Source of the DNA: Octopus bimaculoides
Taxonomy: Eukaryota
Direction of reading: 5' to 3'
DNA length: 32,582 bases
Assembly: GCF_001194135.2 (NCBI RefSeq)
Contig: NC_068984.1
Location: 96,336,206 to 96,368,787, forward strand
Shown: piece by piece, positions 23,141 through 32,582 of the stretch
Layout of the letters: each line of letters opens with the position of its first letter
How positions within the stretch are numbered: position 1 is the stretch's first letter
Position numbers and translations under genes: made by a program
The notes under the pieces: model-generated
Database searches by the model: none
The model's input: only the letters and a program-made list of their open reading frames with translations
What the model was told of the DNA's origin: nothing

Positions 23141-25919
23141 TATTCAGAGAAAGACACAGCAAGAAATAGAGACAGAGCGAGAGAGGAGAAAAAGAGGTTG
23201 AAAGATAGAGAGGGAGACAACTGCATTATTGTCTCTATCGGCTAACTATGTAATGAAATATTTAGGTGCAAAATTGTAAATATATCTCTTGAAGCGAATA
23301 AATTACACCAATAGCAACATTCTTGAAAAATATGATCTCTGTCAAAGAATATAGTTATCATTATTATGCCAGATAACCATAACTCTCAGCGTCTTAGTTC
23401 CCTAGTTGTGCATAGCTACTAGAAGATGATATACTTTGACGTCGGAAGTAAAAGCCAGCGCGATAAAACAATAGTATTACATAGACTCACAAAGTGAGAA
23501 TCAAATAGTTCCAAGTATAAGATCAAATGAATTTGTATTAATACACTTGATTTAGTTTTATACATATACCTAGGTGTACTAAGGTAACAGACCAGCTCTC
23601 AATGGTCAATTTGGAATCGTGTGAAAACGCTTGGGCGTCCTGGCAAGATATGTAACAGTCGCGATTTTGCAATATTGTCCACTTCCAGGCTGCAGCACCT
23701 GATATTCCAACGCAGAACCTATATGCTAATGCATGAATATGCTCTTCTTTTACAATATACATATCTATTTACATACATGTATATGCATACGTGCACCTGA
23801 CGTGCACGAACAGATGTGCATATATACACATATACACACACATATACAGATACACACACAAACACACATATATGTATACGTGTGTGCGAGCGTGTGAAAA
23901 CATGTGTGTCTGTTACAAAACAGATACAAATCAACGATTCAAACATAGTCTGATGTAATTTCTTAAATACATTAATTGTTTATCCTGCGTGTTAGTTAGA
24001 TTTGAAAGAATAAATTACTTAGATACACACACAACATACACATACATACACAATCATTTGAATATGTATGTGAGTGCATGAATGTGTCTGTTAGTGCGTG
24101 CGCAGATACATGCACACACACATATGCAATCAGATCTATTGATATCTGTGCATTCGTATGTATAATTGTACAAAAGTTTGTATTTATGAATAAACATTTA
24201 TGTATGTGCATGTATGCTGTACGTGTATGTGTATGTCTTTACAATCATATTGTAGTTTATTAATACTGTCAGTATTATGAGCCAAAGAAGCTATTTGCAC
24301 TAATTTCACCCACTGAAGCCTAACCAAGTCCTCTCAGATGAATGATGTGGTTAACTGCTTAACATAACTTAAAATTCAGTAAAGCTAATCACACACACAA
24401 GCACACAGGCACACACACGCATACACATGCACACACTAACATTTGTGTGTGTGTATTTATAATTTATTCAACGTTTGTTAAGAGAAAGAAGCAACTGATA
24501 CTTTCATAGTTGATTACATATCATTATTTTTAGCATCCATTAAACACTGCTAAATGTTAAATTGAAAATTTGGAATAATTCTATTAAAATACAAGAAACA
24601 ATGTTTGTTCATTCCGAAATGGAGAATAATAAGAGAAAAAGTAGTTAATTGAATCCTATTGAATTATCTCCCATATTATTTCTATTTAAATATAGTTGTT
24701 TTATATTGCATTTTTCATGTTTTTAAAATATAAAAAGATTAGAAATTCTAAAAAGATATAGATTTTGCAGCAGCTATTTTGATATTTTTCTTTCTCTTCG
24801 TAATGAACCTTCCTCACCAGGTTTAACAAGCTTCCTTCCTCTCTTGCTAACTTAGTCGCATTCTTTACCTCTCTTTTTATTTGTTCTTTCAACATCAACC
24901 ATCTGTCTGTCAGTCTGTGTATGTCGTTCCTTCTCTTATGCCTATGCATGGATGTATGTATATATATATATATATATATATNNNNNNNNNNNNNNNNNNN
25001 NNNNNNNNNNNNNNNNNNNNNNNNNNNNNNNNNNNNNNNNNNNNNNNNNNNNNNNNNNNNNNNNNNNNNNNNNNNNNNNNNNNNNNNNNNNNNNNNNNNN
25101 NNNNNNNNNNNNNNNNNNNNNNNNNNNNNNNNNNNNNNNNNNNNNNNNNNNNNNNNNNNNNNNNNNNNNNNNNNNNNNNNNNNNNNNTATATATATAACC
25201 TGTAGCTTCATATATGTTCGGTGGATAGGAAAGAAAACAATGAGAATTTCAAACAAGTACCTTCAGCATTTAGAAAAATATATCGTGAACACAGTCTCCA
25301 GAAGGCGCAGTGTAAATCAAATGATACGCAACATGCATGCTACTATAAAAAAACACACACACTCACACGCACATAAAAAATACCTCAACATAATCTAAAA
25401 TTGTTCGATTTAGAAAAACAATATTGAGCAAAATATAATTATTTTCCCTTTATTTAATTTTATTTGTATTTTTGATGTGTTCAATTTCCTGTCTGTTTGC
25501 ATGCTTCCAGTCAGTGGATCGATATTATCAACAAAATTATATATTAAATGGACGTCAACTAAGAAAATGTTATGTGTTTTTTTCCTAACCATTCACATAT
25601 TTATTTATTAATAAATTATACATTTATTAAGTTTACAGTAATACATGCTTTGTCTTCATTTTTATTTTACGATACACAGGTCGTTATAGCTTGTCAGAGA
25701 AAAGGCTACGGCCCAACATGATCAGAGTCCAAAGACAGAAACCAGCACAAGAATAAATTATTTATTATATAATGGAATGCCAGTTTGCCAGTGTTTGTTC
25801 AGCTGAATTGGATTATCATTATACTACAATGAAGATAGCTTAATATTCGAGATGCACATGAAGCAGGATTGATATCAGGATTGACACGATAGGGAAGGTC
25901 GGCGCTGACTGAAACTACA

Positions 25920-25956
25920 CACGCACACACACACAAACACACACACATGCACGCAT

Positions 25957-26002
<46 letters not shown>
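25920..26002. repeat. (AC)n microsatellite adjoining an N-gap
   Basis: Seen directly in the sequence. Confidence 0.95.
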
Positions 26003-26299
26003 NNNNNNNNNNNNNNNNNNNNNNNNNNNNNNNNNNNNNNNNNNNNNNNNNNNNNNNNNNNNNNNNNNNNNNNNNNNNNNNNNNNNNNNNNNNNNNNNNN
26101 NNNNNNNNNNNNNNNNNNNNNNNNNNNNNNNNNNNNNNNNNNNNNNNGGAATATGTATATGTGTATACACCAGTTATTCTCAACAGGGATGCATATAAGG
26201 TTTTGCTACTAAAATTTATGTGCAATGAATTGCTTATACTCCTATAATATACAAAATATTTTAATAATCATTTTTATACAATTCCTAATAACAATTAAT

Positions 26300-27350
26300 T
26301 GTAAAAATATAATAGAAACTTTCTCAAACATCGAATGGCTAGGAGTGATTAACACACGCTGAGGACGGGTATCCACCCAGAAACTCGAGTCCGTGTGTAT
26401 CATGTAAGGCTAGAGATGGGAGCGATGACCTCCCCTCGCAAATACTAATTGGACACAGAATGTGTGTCGTTAGCCAGCTGGAAGAGATGTCTTCCTGGGG
26501 CTATAAAAGTCAGTAGCACTGTCCTGTATAGGACAGTGCTAATGTCGACAGTACTTTTGCTGTACTCTCGTCAGTGAATTGTGTCTCCACTGTAGCACTT
26601 CTTATACCGCGTCCGGCGTATTTCATTTTATCCCAGATGGGTTGCATGCACTTCTTAATTACTTCATTTTAAACAGACATTATTCTTTTCTCCTTAAGAC
26701 TGAACGTCTTATAGACCGCAGTCTTGGCAGCTATATTCTGTAGTATATCTTGGGGAAGAAGCAACTTCGTATCATTCCCTGTTTTCATATTCCGATATTT
26801 AAATAATTTGGCCATAGACACGTTCAAATTTACCATATTGGGTCTTTCTTTCTGAACCTGTTTCTCACTTACTTTTTCATTTGCATTTGCCTCTTTCACC
26901 TCTAAGTCAAATTCCATATTATATACAAAAATTCCTTCAACAGGACACACACATTTTCAAAAATTGTTTTTCAATAATTGACAAAAATATTTTTTGCCAA
27001 AAAATTGTCTTTCACAAAAATAATTTTTAAACAGAATAATTTTTACCCTGCAAAAGGGTAAAAATTAAAGTTCGCAAGTCCTCCAACAATAACGGAATTT
27101 TCTGCCCCGTAGGGCGAAAATAACTATTAACAATACAACCGAGGTTTCTCAGGTTCAACAATTCAACAGAATAACAGTATAAAAAACTGTAGAAGTATAA
27201 CAACAAAACGAACTCACGAAGGCAGCAGCCGAAAAAATTCCAGCAATCACCAGCTAATGATAATTCATTATTATCATCAAATGATCTAACATAGAAGGGA
27301 CAACACACGACGTTACAAACATATAATGTTCACGAGTTCGTTTAGTGAGT
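26300..27350 (-). mobile_element. Probable 5'UTR + ORF1 remnant of a LINE (L1/Tx1-like)
   Basis: ORF 26669-26950 continues past a stop: AAKTAVYKTFSLKEKRIMSV*NEVIKKCMQPIWDKMKYAGRGIRSATVETQFTDESTAKVLST..EDISSSWL. It resembles octopus LINE ORF1 proteins as I recall them, and is preceded by a T-rich leader with hairpins. Not verified by search. Confidence 0.5.
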
Positions 27351-27809
27351 TGTATCAAGAAGGAATTTTATGAGTGTAACGCCATCCTTATTTGTTGGCT
27401 TGTGACTTTAATTGTTTTTAGCTGAAAGATATATTTCAATGGAGGTGAAAAGCTACTCGGTAGCGATGGGAAGACAGGGTACTCTCGTTCAGAGTTTGCG
27501 GGAGCAGCATGAAGAATGACATTAAGCGGTGAGTAAAAATTACCGAGACTTCATTTTTAGCAAAAAAAAAAAAAAAAAAAAAAAAGAAAAGAGAAAGAGA
27601 ACTGATAATGAACGTTTTAAAAGAATCATTTGAATATATTGTAATCCTCAGTTGTATAAATCCACATCATTCATTTTCATATGTTAATTGTCCCCGCATG
27701 TCTTGTTTGTCCTCGCCTCTAGTGGATAATAAAGAATCAAGTGGGTAATGAAAAATCAGAGTTCGTTTAGGTTATGCAGTTAAATTATCGATATTTGTGA
27801 TGAGTGTTA

Positions 27810-28015
27810 ATTACAATGGATTTATTTCACATTTTGGCCGGGAAGTCCACCGGCTACACCGTACGAATTTACAATGGATTTAAGCAGGGTCATTCATACC
27901 CAACTTTCTCACCACATCCTTCTATCTTTTCTCGTGTATGCTTCGCGACAGGCATCTCTTCTCCAGCCCTATCTTGCTCTTCAGATGATATCTGAAGTAG
28001 TGCAGCAAACTAGGG
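27810..28015 (-). mobile_element. Tx1/L1-like ORF2 C-terminus + 3'UTR (left part of a split fragment)
   Basis: LLHYFRYHLKSKIGLEKRCLSRSIHEKR*KDVVRKLGMND is followed by AATAAA near 27822-27827 on the minus strand. The family call is from recall. Confidence 0.55.
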
Positions 28016-28321
28016 GGATCTTTTCCTTTTGGCCGGCACATAGAAAAAATAATTTTTTGTAACTAAACACTTTCAAATTTCGTATACTGGTAGAATGTGT
28101 CATTTAAAACATCATTTACTCTTGGCGTTTTTAAGAAAATTCTTTATTTTCGAAGTTATTTCGTGTTAAAGTTGTCGTATTTCGGTAATTTCAACCAATC
28201 AATGACGTCTATTGAGGTGAAAACAATTACTGCTGTTGTTTGTCAACAACAACTTCCGGCGGTTTATATTTCGTTTGTCACTTTATTTATGACATCGTTC
28301 GTGCGTTTGTACTGGTTTTAG

Positions 28322-28436
28322 CTTTAGGGTTTTAGGGTTAGGTTTCGGGTCTTAGAGTTAGGGTTAAGGTTTTATGGTCAGGGTTAGGGTTTTAGGGTTA
28401 AATATAGGGTTTTAGAGTTAGGGTTAGGGTTAGGGT
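28322..28436 (+). repeat. Telomere-like array (TTAGGG/TTTTAGGG variants), G-strand on +
   Basis: Seen directly in the sequence. Confidence 0.93.
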
Positions 28437-28509
28437 TTTTTTCAGCTGCTATTTTCGGAAAGACATTCTTGCCCACCAATTTCTTCATTTTTCACATTTT
28501 TCCGTAATT

Positions 28510-28770
28510 CTAACCCTAAAATCCCAACCCTAACCCTAACCCTAAAACCCTAACCCTAAAACCCCAACCCTAACCCTAAAACCCTAACCCTAACCCTAAG
28601 ACCCTAACCCTAATCCTAAAACCCTAACCCTAACTTTAAAACCCTAACCCTAACCTAACCCTAAAACCCTAACCCTAAAACCCTATCCCTAACCCTAAAA
28701 CCCTAACCTTGATCATAAAACCCTAAGTCTAACTCTAAAACCTGAACCCTAACCCTAACCCTAAAACCCT
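28510..28770 (-). repeat. Telomere-like array (CCCTAA/CCCTAAAA on +), G-strand on -
   Basis: Seen directly; frequent 14-bp higher-order unit CCCTAACCCTAAAA. Confidence 0.95.
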
Positions 28771-29296
28771 ACAGCTAAAACCAGTACAAACGCACGAACG
28801 ATGTCATAAATAACAGTGACAAACGAAATATATACCACGATAGTTGTTGTTAACAAACAACAGCAGTAATCTTATTCAAGGGAAAAGATCCCAAAATAGG
28901 CAATTTCGAAAATGCTAAAACAAAACGAAAATACTTCCACAAACAAAATAACTGAAATTTGTTTTTAAATAACTGAATTGATTAAACTATACACATGTGT
29001 ATGTCAAATATAAATATATCAGAAATAACAATGACAAACTAAATATAAACCGCCGGAACGTCTTGTTGTCAAACAACAGCAGTAATTGTTTTCACCTCAA
29101 TAGACGTCATTGATTGGTTGAAATTACCGAAATACGACAACTTTAACACGAAATAACTTCGAAAATAAAGAATTTTCTTAAAAACGCCAAGAGTAAATGA
29201 TGTTTTAAATGACACATTCTACCAGTATACGAAATTTGAAAGTGTTTAGTTACAAAAAATTATTTTTTCTATGTGCCGGCCAAAAGGAAAAGATCC

Positions 29297-29355
29297 AACA
29301 AGGGCCGGAGATGAAGGTTCCCGTCGCAACTCCTTTCATCCTCGTTTTTACAACA
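29297..29355 (-). mobile_element. Tx1/L1-like ORF2 remnant, right part of the fragment split by the fold-back element
   Basis: CVVKTRMKGVATGTFISGPC joins in frame to LLHYFRYHLK after removing 28016-29296 and one 8-bp TSD copy. Confidence 0.55.
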
Positions 29356-30789
29356 CATATCAATTTCTAGTGACCTAAGGTCGCCCAGGAGACAAGTTTG
29401 CTTCCATTTTGACCCTAGGCCACGCACACTTATGCACCCTAACTTAAATTCCTTAGAAATTCGTACTTACATTTTGATTTTGGGGAGGGGCTACACAAAT
29501 GCAGCCTCCCCCATCCTCCTTCTTCCGTGGTGTAGCCGCTGAAAATACAATGAAGCTCTTCCTGGCCATCCCTGTGCTTACGTCCTTTATATCTTCTTTA
29601 TATCACAAACAAACACACACCGATTTTCCACATATGTAGTAAATAATACTGCATAGTAGGGATTTATTTATTTAAAGAACGACGTCGCTTACACTTTCAG
29701 TAATTTTCTTTTGTATGTAAAGAAATTTGAAAGATATACGTAATTGTCTAAGGGGGTGATAAAGTGCTAATCTAACACGTTGCTTCTTTGTGGAAGATTT
29801 GAGAATATATGGCAGGGATATGAAAGGTATGGAGTAGAGTCTTCACCTTTTCTATTTATATCAGTATGGCATTTAGTGAGGATAAATTTCTCCGATATCA
29901 GATCAGAATTGTTAGATGTACTTAGGGATGGATGAAAGTATATCCTATGATGGAACTTGTAGCAAGAATGTGCAACCAGGGAATATAACATCCAGATATA
30001 AAATACTGTTCTCAGAGTATACATTATATGTGCTGTACTAGTATTCATACCAACTTTTGGGCACCTAGATTAGATCAGGACCATTGTTAACACCCGTAAA
30101 TTATTAACCAACACCAGAAACTTTCACCACTGTCGAAACGAAAAGGTAAACAGCCGGAGAGGCTTAACACCGATTCACACATCCTTTGAATGTCACATCA
30201 CATCCCTTCGATAACGTCTAGCAGCCACTAAACGTTGAATTCCATCCAGTGGGTCGCATACATGAAACTGATAACATCATGAGAGCTGGGAGTTATTTCC
30301 TGACTGACGACCAATGATAAATACAAATCTAAAGCAGCAGACCATAAAATGAAAAGTTATATGCATATGAGCAAAAGGTCATGGCTATGTTACCAAAAAG
30401 ATTCAAAGTGATTGCAACCTAGATAACGGAAGTATTTCATCTCGGATCTACAACCGGGATATTAGCTTTCACTTTGAAGTATTTGCTTTTGCTATACACA
30501 AAGAGGAAATAACTACAAAATAGTTTATACCAAAAAGAAATAGAGATGCAAGTAAACCACCTTGGTTTGGCAAATGATGATGGGTGCGGAATGAAGACAT
30601 CAGCTCTTCAAAAATATCATCACAGTATTATCGGCATGATGTCGTGACCAAAACATTGTAGTATGCAATCCGTAGAAAGAATAGTCTGGAAGCTAAAAGA
30701 ACAAACAATAGTAATGTAAAAATATAAACGTGTACACACACATATGCATACATGCATGTATGCAAACATACTCAAATGCATACATAGAG

Positions 30790-30800
30790 TAAACACACAT

Positions 30801-30852
<52 letters not shown>
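30790..30852. repeat. (AC)n microsatellite adjoining an N-gap
   Basis: Seen directly in the sequence. Confidence 0.95.
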
Positions 30853-31607
30853 NNNNNNNNNNNNNNNNNNNNNNNNNNNNNNNNNNNNNNNNNNNNNNNN
30901 NNNNNNNNNNNNNNNNNNNNNNNNNNNNNNNNNNNNNNNNNNNNNNNNNNNNNNNNNNNNNNNNNNNNNNNNNNNNNNNNNNNNNNNNNNNNNNNNNNNN
31001 NNNNNNNNNNNNNNNNNNNNNNNNNNNNNNNNNNNNNNNNNNNNNNNNNNNNNNNNNNNNNNNNNNNNNNNNNNNNNNNNNNNNNNNNNNNNNNNNNNNN
31101 NNNNNNNNNNNNNNNNNNNNNNNNNNNNNNNNNNNNNNNNNNNNNNNNNNNNNNNNNNNNNNNNNNNNNNNNNNNNNNNNNNNNNNNNNNNNNNNNNNNN
31201 NNNNNNNNNNNNNNNNNNNNNNNNNNNNNNNNNNNNNNNNNNNNNNNNNNNNNNNNNNNNNNNNNNNNNNNNNNNNNNNNNNNNNNNNNNNNNNNNNNNN
31301 NNNNNNNNNNNNNNNNNNNNNNNNNNNNNNNNNNNNNNNNNNNNNNNNNNNNNNNNNNNNNNNNNNNNNNNNNNNNNNNNNNNNNNNNNNNNNNNNNNNN
31401 NNNNNNNNNNNNNNNNNNNNNNNNNNNNNNNNNNNNNNNNNNNNNNNNNNNNNNNNNNNNNNNNNNNNNNNNNNNNNNNNNNNNNNNNNNNNNNNNNNNN
31501 NNNNNNNNNNNNNNNNNNNNNNNNNNNNNNNNNNNNNNNNNNNNNNNNATATATATATATATATATGTATGTATGTATGTATGTATATATGTATGTATAT
31601 TTATGTA

Positions 31608-32582
31608 TAATGGGCCCCAACCATGCGAACCTGTTCGTTGGGTACGTTGAGGCCCAAATATTCTCAAGTTCCACTGGTCCCACTCCTGCACTATACGGTC
31701 GTTATAGTGACAACTGTATCGGTGCGAGCTCACTACCGTTTCCCCTCATCTACCACCCCATCATCCTACCTCTCCAACGCACATTCTCCGACCCTTCCGG
31801 CAACTCCAGTTCACTTCGTACATCTTCCCTAACCTACCCTTCCCCTCTTTCAAATGAGCCCACAACCTACGAGACTTCTTGGTCCACAGCTTCTTCCCTG
31901 ACCCAACTTCCCAACCCGGCGCGTTCCCCTGCTCCCGCCCACGCTGTCGCGCTTGCCCTTACCTCTCTAACACCACCCTCCTCACAAGCACCCATCATCG
32001 ACCCTATCATATCACTGTCTCCTTCACCTGCACTTCTAGCAACGTCATCTACTGCATCTCCTGCTCTCTCTTTCCTTCTCTATACATCGGTTAAACGGGA
32101 CACCGCTTGACTGACTGGTTCGTGGAATACCTCCGAGACAGCCGACTCAGCAACGACATCCCGGTCTCGTGCCATTTCCGCTCCACCGGTCACTATTTAC
32201 AACATATCTGTGTTCGGATTCTCTTCGCACAGGGGCCATCCGGACTCCTGTCTTCGCCGTGAGTAGGGATTTATCTTCTCTCTTCGATCCTTTGCGCTAC
32301 ATGGACTAAACTCTCCTCCCCTCTTCATTTAACCCTCCTCCTCTCTCCTCTCTTCCTCTCACACCTACTTCCTCTCACCCACCTCTCCTCTCTTGCTCTG
32401 GCACCTACTTCTTCTCTTCACTCCTACCCAACTTCTCTCTTCCACCCTCTCCATTCATCATCACCCCTCCGTCGTTACCCCATCCCTACACATTCCAACC
32501 TCACCATCCCTATACATCCCATCCAACCCCATCCCCATCCCTTAGACCCAAACCTTGTTTCCCCACTCTCACCTCCCCACCC
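31608..32582 (+). mobile_element. Penelope-like element fragment (Neptune-like): partial RT, internal deletion, GIY-YIG, pyrimidine-rich 3' tail
   Basis: MGPNHANLFVGYVE..LYGRYSDNCIG (RT core, decayed YIDD) jumps to LPFPLIYHP. Then come FPCSRPRCRACPYL, FTCTSSNVIYCISCSLFPSLYIG*TGHRL..PVSCHF and LRRE*GFIFSL..GLN. A C/T-rich tail starts at ~32332. Confidence 0.87.

Larger units (their letters stand above)
28016..29296. mobile_element. Non-autonomous fold-back DNA element with long TIRs containing telomere-like arrays; GG termini + 8-bp TSD (Merlin-like candidate, or MULE/Foldback)
   Basis: Ends are GGATCTTTTCCTTTTGGCCGGCAC...GTGCCGGCCAAAAGGAAAAGATCC. The outer ~227 bp are a perfect inverted match by manual comparison. 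TSD is AACTAGGG (28008-28015) / AACAAGGG (29297-29304). No ORF. Confidence 0.88.

Noticed and set aside
24701-24949. 82-aa ORF (LKEQIKREVKNATKLAREEG...) as an exon
   Set aside because: No convincing flanking splice sites and no recognised homologue; purine-rich strand bias explains the open frame.
28322-28770. Telomere-telomere chromosome fusion scar
   Set aside because: The orientation fits, but the arrays share mirrored variant units and sit inside long TIRs with a TSD that splits a LINE, so a transposon explains them better.
28016-29296. CRISPR array or prokaryotic system
   Set aside because: No repeat-spacer structure and no cas genes; the window is eukaryotic repeat DNA.
5374-31733. 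Long ORFs containing X runs
   Set aside because: They are artefacts of N-gaps (5403-5591, 6469-7046, 15180-15526, 21680-22042, 24982-25187, 26003-26147, 30853-31548).
31565-32110. 181-aa Ser/Pro-rich host protein
   Set aside because: The N-terminal part is the PLE RT core, and the remainder is an off-frame read of the C-rich PLE sequence.

Overview
AT-rich, microsatellite-dense eukaryotic genomic DNA with nine N-gaps. From the SINE families I recall, it is most likely Octopus or another coleoid cephalopod (inference, not verified by search). No intact host gene can be supported; only weak candidate exons are visible. The window is mostly decayed mobile elements: three Penelope-like elements (a Naiad-like GIY-YIG fragment at the start, a near-complete Neptune-like RT+GIY-YIG copy with an inverted hammerhead ribozyme motif, and another Neptune-like fragment at the end), a cluster of R4/Dong-like RLE LINE copies around (AAT)n tracts, Tx1/L1-like and CR1-like fragments, a hAT MITE, a probable solo LTR and several tRNA-derived SINEs. 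The most unusual feature is a 1.28-kb non-coding fold-back element (28016-29296) with an 8-bp TSD. Its long inverted arms carry inward-facing TTAGGG/TTTTAGGG arrays around a ~73-bp spacer, and it is inserted into a Tx1-like ORF2 remnant.
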